Made by a program: the position numbers and the translations under genes. A stretch of 60,156 nucleotides of DNA from Bacteroidales bacterium (GTDB taxonomy: Bacteria > Bacteroidota > Bacteroidia > Bacteroidales > JAADJA01): positions 4,216 to 64,371 of the forward strand of contig JAGQVF010000059.1 of assembly GCA_020438135.1 (NCBI GenBank). Reading direction: 5' to 3'. This document shows positions 1-7,689 of this stretch, one piece after another. A model generated the notes under the pieces. It did no database searches. It was not told where the DNA came from and saw only the letters and a list, made by a program, of their open reading frames with translations. Positions within the stretch are counted from its first letter, which is position 1, and the number at the start of each line of letters is the position of its first letter.

Positions 1-7
1 AAATTCT

Positions 8-643
8 TTAGTGACTCGAAAGATATGAAGCCACACCGCTGGCTGAAGGCTCCATGGCATCCTCACCCGGTTTCCAGTTGGCAGGGCAAACTTCACCATG
101 CTCTTCGAAATACTGCAGTGCATCAACCATGCGAAGGGTTTCATCAACACTTCTGCCAAGCGGCATATCATTCACCACCTGGTGGCGAACTACACCTTGT
201 TTATCGATCAGGAAAAGACCGCGGTACGCAGTAGGTTCACCGTCGAATACTGAAAGATCATTATCTTCATCATAATCATATTCACCTGCTAAAACATCAT
301 AGTTTTCAGAGATGGTTTTCGACAGATCGCTTACCAAAGGAAATTTAACCCCTTTGATCCCACCATCTTTTTGCTCGGTGTTGAGCCATGCCCAATGTGA
401 GAATTTTGAGTCGATTGAACAGCCTACAACTGCCACATCCCTTTTTTCGAATTCATCCAGTTTTTTCTGGAAAGCCAGAATTTCTGTCGGGCACACAAAC
501 GTAAAGTCCAGTGGATAAAAGAAGAAAACAACATACTTCTTTCCAATGTACTGGTCAAGTGAAAATTTTTCTACAAATTCGCCTCCATTCACTACTGCAT
601 CAGCTTCGAACAGAGGTGCTTTTTTTCCAACTAATACTCCCAT
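8..643 (-). CDS. Typical 2-Cys peroxiredoxin (AhpC/Prx1 family)
   Basis: 211-aa ORF. Peroxidatic Cys motif DFTFVCPTE, resolving Cys motif GEVCPANW, and conserved PLVSD/GLFLID blocks. Confidence 0.93.
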   Translation of the reverse strand: MGVLVGKKAPLFEADAVVNGGEFVEKFSLDQYIGKKYVVFFFYPLDFTFVCPTEILAFQKKLDEFEKRDVAVVGCSIDSKFSHWAWLNTEQKDGGIKGVKFPLVSDLSKTISENYDVLAGEYDYDEDNDLSVFDGEPTAYRGLFLIDKQGVVRHQVVNDMPLGRSVDETLRMVDALQYFEEHGEVCPANWKPGEDAMEPSASGVASYLSSH

Positions 644-691
644 TTTTTAGTCTTTTTGTTATGTTTATAATTATGTTTTTCAAAATTGCTG

Positions 692-699
692 CAAAGATA
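692..699 (-). promoter_or_regulatory. Candidate Bacteroidota -7 promoter box (TATCTTTG on minus strand) for the peroxiredoxin gene
   Basis: The plus strand reads CAAAGATA, which is TATCTTTG on the minus strand and matches the TAnnTTTG consensus. It lies about 50 nt upstream of the ATG at 643. Confidence 0.3.
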
Positions 700-880
700 T
701 AAAAATTGCCAACCCTTCGTATTTTGTAAATCACTACTCCGGGCACATACCATCTTTAAGTTATCCTCAACAGACCTGCAGTTGCTTTGTTCAAAAAGTT
801 CGGCATAGACCAGTTTATTTAACAAAAATTAAATATTGACTAAAATTGAGACCAAAAGATTCTCCTCTTTATTAAACCTC

Positions 881-888
881 TATTTTTG
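881..888 (+). promoter_or_regulatory. Candidate -7 promoter box TATTTTTG for the GreA-like gene
   Basis: TATTTTTG matches TAnnTTTG and lies 25 nt upstream of the ATG at 913. It overlaps the TTG at 886 used by the ORF track, which argues for 913 as the real start. Confidence 0.3.
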
Positions 889-912
889 CAGAATACAGTG
901 ATTTTGAAAAAT

Positions 913-1356
913 ATGACGGAGATTAAGAAGCAATTGCTGGAACATTGCAACAAAATACTGCGCGAGAAGCGGGATCATTTAAAGGAAGCAATGGACGACG
1001 CCCAGAAGGGTGCCAATGAGTATGGCCTTCCGAGAGATCGTTACGATTCGTTCAGAACACAGCTATTGCGGAAAAGAGATATGTTTGCGCAGCAACTTGC
1101 AGCAGTGGGCGAACAGTTGCAAACCCTCGAAAAGATCAGTTTGAAACCGTTGAGTAAAGCCGGTTTTGGAGCATTGGTCATCACAGAAAACCAAAAGATA
1201 TTTATTTCAGTGGGATTGGGTAAAATTGAGTTGGATGGTCAGGTATATGTTGCCGTGTCGCCGGTGGTTCCCATTGCCAGAGAACTTGAAAACAAAAGCA
1301 AAGGTGAGAGTTTTACCATAAATGGAAAATCATTCACCATCATCGATATTCTGTAA
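913..1356 (+). CDS. GreA/GreB-family (C-terminal domain) protein
   Basis: N-terminal coiled-coil-like helix followed by a C-terminal block, GALVITENQKIFISVGLGKIELDG...SPVVPIARELENKSKGESF, that resembles the GreA C-terminal FKBP-like domain. The start was moved from TTG 886 to the in-frame ATG at 913. Confidence 0.6.
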   Translation: MTEIKKQLLEHCNKILREKRDHLKEAMDDAQKGANEYGLPRDRYDSFRTQLLRKRDMFAQQLAAVGEQLQTLEKISLKPLSKAGFGALVITENQKIFISVGLGKIELDGQVYVAVSPVVPIARELENKSKGESFTINGKSFTIIDIL

Positions 1357-1382
1357 AGTCGTTCGGTGTGTGAACATTGGTG

Positions 1383-1823
1383 CTAATCCAGGTCGATGTT
1401 TCCGGTCATGTATTTTAAATGGTACACAAAGCTGCTGATTCGCCAGCCATTTCTGGTTTTCTCCAACCTCAGATCATAACTTCCTATAAATTCTCTTGTT
1501 TTTCCGTTTAAAGCACTTACTTTGTAATGACTCGCAATAGCGTTGGCAAATACAGTGGCACTGTCACCTTCAATTTCAACAAGGTAGTTCCCGGCCTGAT
1601 GGTGAACGGCATCCAGGTTTTTAAATCCATCTTCCCATATTTTGCAAATTTGTGCAGAAGATATTGTTTCCGGTTTTAATCCTCCGGCCGAAGTCATATC
1701 GAAATAGATATTTTCTGTAAAAACCTCTTCCTGAAGTTTTCCCCATAGCTGTTTATCTGTGAAAACAAAAAGTTTGTTAACCGTGTCGAGGATCAATTCC
1801 CTGTTCGAAAAGTTGGATTCCAT
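1383..1823 (-). CDS. SnoaL-like / NTF2-fold protein
   Basis: 146 aa. The size and pattern (LWGKL..EVFTENIYFDM ... GNYLVEIEGDSATV ... GWRISSFVY) are typical of NTF2-like small proteins. No finer assignment is possible. Confidence 0.55.
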   Translation of the reverse strand: MESNFSNRELILDTVNKLFVFTDKQLWGKLQEEVFTENIYFDMTSAGGLKPETISSAQICKIWEDGFKNLDAVHHQAGNYLVEIEGDSATVFANAIASHYKVSALNGKTREFIGSYDLRLEKTRNGWRISSFVYHLKYMTGNIDLD

Positions 1824-1962
1824 ATCTGATGAATTTAGATTTTACATATCAACAAAAGGATTTTCTAAAAGTTGTTAAAAAGGGAAGCAGAAAAATAGCT
1901 TTTAAATTATTTAATTTCGCGAAGTCGAAAGGCCGGATACTGAAAAAATATTTTGAAAAGCA

Positions 1963-2565
1963 ATGTCGAAAAAGAAAAAAAGAGCCGCTAAAGTTTCACC
2001 GAAAGGTGCCATGAAGAAAAAACGGAATGCAAAAGGTAAATCCAGAAATCTTTGGATAAGAATTTTTTTTATACTAATAATTATTCTTGCGTTTCTGATC
2101 CTGGTGTTAAAACCTGATTCGTTTCAAAACCGACCTGAAAAAGTTAATAAAATTTCAGAACCGGTCTTTAATCATGAGGGAACCCTGACTTTTTACAATG
2201 CAGAGGATAGTACAGCAATCGTTACCATAGATATTGAAATTGCAGACAATGATCAGGAGCGGAGCCGAGGGTTGATGTACAGAAAAAGCATGCAGGACGA
2301 TCAGGGGATGCTGTTTGTAATGGAGCGGGAGCAGCCACAGTCATTCTGGATGCGAAATACCTATATTTCGCTTGATATTGTTTTTCTTGATAAAGACCTT
2401 CGGATTGTAACAATTCAACGAAATACCGAACCCCAATCGTTAACTTCCATTCCTTCATTTAAACCAGCCAAATATGTTGTAGAGATAGTGGCCGGTTTCT
2501 GCAGGCAACATGGAATCAGTGAAGGAGATATCGTAAAGTATAAAAGGCTGCCTCCTGAAGTGTAG
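1963..2565 (+). CDS. DUF192 (COG1430) domain protein with a Lys-rich N-terminus and one TM helix
   Basis: The core ERSRGLMYRKSMQDDQGMLFVMEREQPQSFWMRNTYISLDIVFLDKDLRIV matches the DUF192 signature. A TM segment IFFILIIILAFLILVL is present. The start could also be the Met at 2011. Confidence 0.75.
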   Translation: MSKKKKRAAKVSPKGAMKKKRNAKGKSRNLWIRIFFILIIILAFLILVLKPDSFQNRPEKVNKISEPVFNHEGTLTFYNAEDSTAIVTIDIEIADNDQERSRGLMYRKSMQDDQGMLFVMEREQPQSFWMRNTYISLDIVFLDKDLRIVTIQRNTEPQSLTSIPSFKPAKYVVEIVAGFCRQHGISEGDIVKYKRLPPEV

Positions 2566-2729
2566 GTGCCAAATCTGACATTCCTGCAAAGCCGGTTATT
2601 CTGTATGTAAGAGAATGGGATGTTGAGGTACAAGTGCAGATTTACATTTGATATCTTATCCTGATAAACTTGTTATACTTAGGCCAACAAATTTTTTCAA
2701 CCTGTCTTACCCTTCGCGACGAAGTTACA

Positions 2730-3926
2730 TTACTCCCCCCGTTTGGCCCTTTCCCAGTTTACACTTTGTTGTTTTTTCAGGTACCTCTTAAATCCCAGGT
2801 ATACTGACAGGTTCATGATAAAAAAGTAATAAGGGACAAAAAGTGCTTTTACTTTCAATTTTCTGTTTTCGAGAAACCATCCGGTCAGCGCAGCAATGTA
2901 AAAAAGTGCCTGTCCGTAGAAAAGGATTTTATAAATGAAAGGATCGAGAAAAGTGGCATCAGCAAAAAACAAAATAAAGTTGAAAATAAGGATCAATAGC
3001 AGAAAAAGTGGAGCCAGTGTCCATCTGAGAACCCGATGTGAAATGTATTGGAATGACAGCATTCCGTACCTGAAAATGTTCAGCAGGGCCCGCAACCTGA
3101 TAACCGATTGAATTCCGCCGGCGCTGATCCTGATCTTTCGCTTGAGTTCCTCTTGTACGTTGGCAGATGCTGTTTCGATTGCATATGCTTGCGGATTGTA
3201 TTGTATCGTGTAGCCTTTCATGGCTGTTCTTAAGGATATGATAAAGTCGTCCAGAAGCGTATCGGGTTCAACTTCCTGGAAAAGCTCGGTTCGAATAGCA
3301 AACAATTCGCCGGCTGCACCAACCACTGAATATAACTCTGCATCCCATTTTTTTAAGGTAGATTCATATTTCCAGTACAAACCCTCTCCTGCTCCGGCAG
3401 CACTATCAGCATCTTTTGAGTAAATTCGTTTTTCACCTGAAACACATCCCACCCTGGGATTTGCAAAAAGATTCACTATTTCACGAATCGATTTTTCTCC
3501 TAAAATTGTGTTTGCATCAGAAAAAACAAGAATAGGAGTTTGAACCAGTTTGGCACCACGGTTCATAGCTGCTATCTTTCCCCTTCGCTCAGGTTGATGA
3601 TGCACTTCAACACCATTGTATTGCCTCAGGATGTCGGGTGTGCCATCATCCGAGCCATCGGTTATCCATACCTGGTGTAGTTTTTCCTGCGGATAATCCA
3701 ACGATTGGGTGTTCCTAACTTTCTGATCCACAAAATCCTTTTCGTTGTATGCTGAAATTAGAATCGTAACTTCGGGTTCATAGCCGTTTGAGTTGGTTGG
3801 ATTGTTTTTACGAAGTGCCCGTTTAACCCTCACCAGGGCAAAAAGCAGAATTCCATATCCCAGGTAGGCATAGAAGATAACAAATAGACCTATCCAAAAA
3901 AGTAGTTCAATTGTTTTCATAATCAA
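2730..3926 (-). CDS. Membrane-embedded family-2 glycosyltransferase (COG1215-like, synthase-type architecture)
   Basis: One N-terminal TM helix and a GT-A core (VTILISAYNE, ITDGSDDGT, FSDANT, GAAGELFAIR). An RKIRISAGG block sits where QxxRW is expected, and there are 3-4 C-terminal TM helices. Confidence 0.85.
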   Translation of the reverse strand: MIMKTIELLFWIGLFVIFYAYLGYGILLFALVRVKRALRKNNPTNSNGYEPEVTILISAYNEKDFVDQKVRNTQSLDYPQEKLHQVWITDGSDDGTPDILRQYNGVEVHHQPERRGKIAAMNRGAKLVQTPILVFSDANTILGEKSIREIVNLFANPRVGCVSGEKRIYSKDADSAAGAGEGLYWKYESTLKKWDAELYSVVGAAGELFAIRTELFQEVEPDTLLDDFIISLRTAMKGYTIQYNPQAYAIETASANVQEELKRKIRISAGGIQSVIRLRALLNIFRYGMLSFQYISHRVLRWTLAPLFLLLILIFNFILFFADATFLDPFIYKILFYGQALFYIAALTGWFLENRKLKVKALFVPYYFFIMNLSVYLGFKRYLKKQQSVNWERAKRGE

Positions 3927-3992
3927 TCAGGGTTTGTTCTTTAAATGTTTGTGATTATCTGTTTCCTGTTAATCCGGATGCATTCAAAATGA

Positions 3993-4652
3993 TCAATCAA
4001 TAATTACAGGGCTTTTTTCGGGTATCTCACTTTTTTTCTCCTTGCTCTTTGCCGGCGGTTTTTCCCATTGACCTGTTTCATGATTGTATTGCTTTATCAC
4101 ACGTGCCGGATTGCCGGCAACCACAGAGTAGGAGGGGACATCCCTGGTGACGACACTTCCTGAGGCGATGATGCAGTGAGTTCCAATCCTGAGGCCCTGA
4201 ATAATCACACTATTACCACCTATCCAAACATCATCCTCAACTACGGTTCTGTTGGGTGTAACTCCCTGATCTTTGATTGGTTTTGTGACATCCTCAAAAT
4301 TATGTGTTAACCCGGTGATCTGGGCCCCGCTACCAATAGTAACCATATTCCCGAGCGTAACCGGTCCGACCAGTTTCACCCTGCTGGTTATCCCACAACG
4401 GTCGCCAACAATGATATCACCCATGCCATTGTTTATGATGGCATAATCTTCAACAATGGTTCGGTAGCCTATTGCAAATTTTTTAGTCGGGATCAGGTCG
4501 AGCCTTGCTCTTCTTCTGATTATAGAGCCTTTCCCTCTTTTTATGATGAAAGGATATACAAACATCCGGGTCCAGAGCCTCGGTCGCGAAGAGTAAGGGT
4601 GGACCATCAAAAAGTGGATGAGTTTTTTCAGTTTGGGATTGTTGTGTATCAT
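3993..4652 (-). CDS. Hexapeptide-repeat (LbH) sugar O-acetyltransferase, WcaF-like
   Basis: Repeated [LIV]G-x4 hexapeptides (IVGDRCGITSRV, VTIGSGAQI, VWIGGNSVIIQGLRIGTHCIIASGSVV, VVAGNPARV). The ATG overlaps the upstream stop codon (ATGA). Confidence 0.85.
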   Translation of the reverse strand: MIHNNPKLKKLIHFLMVHPYSSRPRLWTRMFVYPFIIKRGKGSIIRRRARLDLIPTKKFAIGYRTIVEDYAIINNGMGDIIVGDRCGITSRVKLVGPVTLGNMVTIGSGAQITGLTHNFEDVTKPIKDQGVTPNRTVVEDDVWIGGNSVIIQGLRIGTHCIIASGSVVTRDVPSYSVVAGNPARVIKQYNHETGQWEKPPAKSKEKKSEIPEKSPVIID

Positions 4653-5884
4653 GATCTTACAATATTTATGTTTGTTTTTTCATTCTTTAATGATGTTTCC
4701 ATTACATCATAAATGGCTTTTACATTGTTTTCCCATGAATGTGTTAGCGCATAATCGCGGCGACGCATGGCCACCTCAGGGGTATTTTCTTCAAGTGCGC
4801 GACTTATTAGCCGAACGTAATCTTCTTTGGTTTTTCCGAGGTAGGTGAAATCCTTGAAATATTCCATAGCCTTCGTATACGTTGCCACTACCGGTTTTCC
4901 CATGGCAAGGTATTCATCAATTTTTCTCGGGTAGTTGCCAATGGTGGTGATGTTTAATACCTGCGGATTGATGCACACATCAAAACCACTGATGAACTCC
5001 GGCAAACTGTCGGGTGGTTTCGATCCTAGGAAATGGACATTCGGAAAACCATGCAGATCCGACTTCTTAAATGCTTCGTCTTCAGGGCCTACCAGTACCA
5101 GTTGCCAGGCTGGCTTTGATCTGACTATATGTTCCAGCAGATCGATATCAAGCCTGATGCCGGCCAGATTTCCAACATATCCGATCACCGGCGATGAGAT
5201 GTTTTTCAGCTCGGTTGCCGTCTTGATTTCACGGGTTTTAAAATCAAAAAGTGATGTATCGCAACCCTGTCCCACCATATAGCTATCCGGATTGTATTGT
5301 TTTGCATATTCAGCATAATAAAGCGAATTGGTTACCACAGCATTTGCTTTACTGATCAATTTCGGTTCAATCCTTTTTCCGTGTGTATTCCAATAGGGGA
5401 AAGGGCTGTTTACCAGGTTGTCGCGTATGTAATAAATATAACTTTCGCTGGTAAGATACTTATCGAGGTATAAACCCAGAAACATTGAACTATCGTTGAA
5501 CAGAATGAAGTTTTCCATTTTCAGATGTTCGATGGCTTTGTTAATCTCACGCCCAAATCTCCGGCTGTTTATTTTGTTCAGGTTATCGAAAACCATTGCC
5601 GAAGGAATCCGGTTTATTGATTCAGTGATGGTTTGCGGATTAAACTCCCAGAGCCGGTCATCGATCTGTGATAATGCTTTTCGTTTGCCTTTTACCACTT
5701 CTAACCGTTTAGCCACTTTCGGTGATTTTTTATCTTTCAGGGAGCTGATCCTGTCAAGCGGGCTGTTTACATAAAGTACGTTGTTGTCTTTGGCAAATTC
5801 GATGGCAATGTTTTTACAATTGCTGCCTATTTCGATATCCCAGGGTTGTATCCCGATAACCACTATATTCCGGTTTTTGATCAT
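4649..5884 (-). CDS. GT-B fold glycosyltransferase (GT4-like)
   Basis: The C-terminal half carries the GT1/GT4 pattern (IGYVGNLAGIRLDIDLL, LVLVGP, INPQ..., EYLAMGKPVVAT). The start was trimmed to MIKNRNIVVIG at 5884, 10 nt after the upstream stop. The 5965 start in the track would overlap the upstream gene by 71 nt. Confidence 0.8.
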   Translation of the reverse strand: MIKNRNIVVIGIQPWDIEIGSNCKNIAIEFAKDNNVLYVNSPLDRISSLKDKKSPKVAKRLEVVKGKRKALSQIDDRLWEFNPQTITESINRIPSAMVFDNLNKINSRRFGREINKAIEHLKMENFILFNDSSMFLGLYLDKYLTSESYIYYIRDNLVNSPFPYWNTHGKRIEPKLISKANAVVTNSLYYAEYAKQYNPDSYMVGQGCDTSLFDFKTREIKTATELKNISSPVIGYVGNLAGIRLDIDLLEHIVRSKPAWQLVLVGPEDEAFKKSDLHGFPNVHFLGSKPPDSLPEFISGFDVCINPQVLNITTIGNYPRKIDEYLAMGKPVVATYTKAMEYFKDFTYLGKTKEDYVRLISRALEENTPEVAMRRRDYALTHSWENNVKAIYDVMETSLKNEKTNINIVRS

Positions 5885-5894
5885 CGTTTTAGAT

Positions 5895-7022
5895 TTAAAT
5901 GTTTTTGTATAGTTCAAGTACTTGTTTTGCCATGTTCTCCCACGAAAATGCAGCAGCACGTTCAAAACCCTTTTGAGTCATTTCCTTCCGAAGAGTATGG
6001 TTCGATAAAATTTCCGACATGGCATCCGATATCTGTTCCGGATGATAAGGATCAATCAGCATGGCGCCATCGCCGCCAATTTCGGGCATTGAAGAGGTAT
6101 TTGAAGAGATCACCGGAACACCGCAACGCATTCCTTCCAGCAAGGGAATTCCAAAACTTTCGCGCAAAGAAGGATACAGAAATAAACTACTCAGGCTGTA
6201 TATGGCCGGTAAATCGGTGTTGCTGATATATCCTGAAATACGAATGTGCTCAATCAATGCCGGAGCACCTATTTCCCGAAGCATTTTCAGCAGGTTATCT
6301 TTTCCGAAGTCAATCAACACAAGCGGAAGTGGAGCCAAACTTTGATTAACATATGTGGCAAATGCTTTTAATACATTTCTGGTATTTTTTTTAGGATCGG
6401 TATTTCCCAGAAAAAAAATGAACTCCTCCGGTAGATTATATTTCTTTCGGATTTTCGCAAGAATCTCTTTGTCGGTTACAGGTTTGAAATGTTCGCTTAC
6501 CCCATTATAAACAGGTACGATTTTGTAGGCATAGTCCGGGAAACGACGATCAATAGTAGATTTTTCAAATTTACTGACCGTAATCACGTATTTTGCGTTT
6601 TTAATCACCCTGGGAACATTCCATCTTCGGTACAAATTGCCGAATTTTTGATAGGCAGTTCCTCCTTTTTTGAAGATACTTACACTTTCGAGGTAGATGA
6701 TGTCGTGTACGGTAACAACCAGCGGTATATCAAGGTTAACCGGGGCTGTGTTGGAGGTGCAGTGCAACAAATCGCAACCGTATTTTTTTACTGCTTTGGA
6801 TAATGCTGCCTGTTCCCAGTAAGGATAGGTCTTTCCCGGAAGCTCGATGATGTGAAAATTGGAGCTATCTTCAAGACATTTATCCTCATCGGGTTTTACA
6901 AAAACATAATACTCATTTTTTAGGTCGATATGCTGGAGATTTTTAACAAGTTCTAGCGCTACGAAATCCATTCCGTGCTTTTTCTTTCTGAACAACCGTT
7001 GACCTTCTATTGCTATTTTCAT
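5895..7022 (-). CDS. Glycosyltransferase family 4 (GT1-type)
   Basis: Starts MKIAIEGQRL. Carries the LFLYPSLRESFGIPLLEGMRCGVPVISSNTSSMPEIGGD (E-x7-E) motif. The start was trimmed to 7022, giving a 4-nt ATGA overlap with the stop of the upstream gene. Confidence 0.88.
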   Translation of the reverse strand: MKIAIEGQRLFRKKKHGMDFVALELVKNLQHIDLKNEYYVFVKPDEDKCLEDSSNFHIIELPGKTYPYWEQAALSKAVKKYGCDLLHCTSNTAPVNLDIPLVVTVHDIIYLESVSIFKKGGTAYQKFGNLYRRWNVPRVIKNAKYVITVSKFEKSTIDRRFPDYAYKIVPVYNGVSEHFKPVTDKEILAKIRKKYNLPEEFIFFLGNTDPKKNTRNVLKAFATYVNQSLAPLPLVLIDFGKDNLLKMLREIGAPALIEHIRISGYISNTDLPAIYSLSSLFLYPSLRESFGIPLLEGMRCGVPVISSNTSSMPEIGGDGAMLIDPYHPEQISDAMSEILSNHTLRKEMTQKGFERAAAFSWENMAKQVLELYKNI

Positions 7023-7684
7023 ATACTGATTCCGTTGGGGTGAAAAAATATGATTGAATACAAACAACCAATGGTTTCGCTCAGGATCATCCTGACCCCT
7101 TTGCTGGTTTTATACCATTGATTGTAATCGTAACTGTTATCGGGAACTGAGATCATGCCGACTTCTGCAAAATCTCTGAAAGCTTTTCGGTACAATATGC
7201 CTGTTCGCCTTGAATGACATGAGAAACTTACAACATTGATACGGCCTGGAAATATTTTATTCTGAATGAACCAGGCTTTAAGGGTGAGCGCTGCCGTGTA
7301 TGTGCGGTCCCTGTCAACCCTGCTTGCCGGAGCTTTAAATAATCTGCAATTTTCAATTGTTTTGGTCGACAAAACCTTGTAGGAGAATTCTGCTGTATTA
7401 AATTGCTCCGTCGGATTGTACGTATAATCGAGGTCAACACCGGTAGTAATCAGGTAAAGATAAGATTCCCGGTTAACCATGGCTACGATGCTGTCGTAAC
7501 CATATCCCGGCATCATGCCGTCAACCACCATAATTTTGGTGGGCAACGGCTGATTTTCAACCAGAAATGTGGCTATGTACCTCAAAAAGAGGAACAGGAT
7601 CAAAAAATTGATACTCAGCATGGTCAGCCATCCCCAGATGGTGAGCCTGTAACTAACTCTTTGTCTGACCAGCGTGATTTTCAT
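7019..7684 (-). CDS. DUF218 / YdcF(ElyC)-like membrane-anchored protein
   Basis: N-terminal TM helix, then MVVDGMMPGYGYD ... DRTYTAALTLKAWF ... INVVSFSCHSRRTGILYRKAF, which resembles the DUF218 pattern (VTSxxHxxRA). The start was trimmed to MKITLV at 7684. Confidence 0.55.
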   Translation of the reverse strand: MKITLVRQRVSYRLTIWGWLTMLSINFLILFLFLRYIATFLVENQPLPTKIMVVDGMMPGYGYDSIVAMVNRESYLYLITTGVDLDYTYNPTEQFNTAEFSYKVLSTKTIENCRLFKAPASRVDRDRTYTAALTLKAWFIQNKIFPGRINVVSFSCHSRRTGILYRKAFRDFAEVGMISVPDNSYDYNQWYKTSKGVRMILSETIGCLYSIIFFHPNGISI

Positions 7685-7689
7685 GGGTT

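Noticed and set aside
665-674. PerR/Fur-like box (TTATAATTAT) in the peroxiredoxin 5' region.
   Set aside because: Only about one and a half half-sites of the 7-1-7 TTATAATnATTATAA consensus match. The sequence is AT-rich, so a chance match is likely. The Bacteroidota peroxide regulon is usually OxyR-controlled.
5885-5965. N-terminal extensions in the ORF track that overlap upstream genes: 4649..5965, 5895..7067, 7019..7795, 29991..31004 and 42450..43631.
   Set aside because: In each case an internal Met lies just downstream of, or 4-8 nt overlapping, the upstream stop. That Met also begins the conserved part of the protein (for example MKIAIEG, MIKIAIVFPVFNG). The extensions would create 50-110-nt overlaps and carry no conserved sequence.
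6385-6418. A/T homopolymers of 8-9 nt inside coding regions as phase-variation tracts: T8 and A8 in the GT4 gene, A9 at 14608-14616 in the Wzy-like gene, and A8 at 21168-21175 (T8 on the plus strand as read) at the 5' end of the CheY-like gene.
   Set aside because: Such runs are frequent throughout this AT-rich window (Lys AAA and Phe TTT codons), so they are not individually remarkable. Only the rarer G7 tracts were kept as findings.
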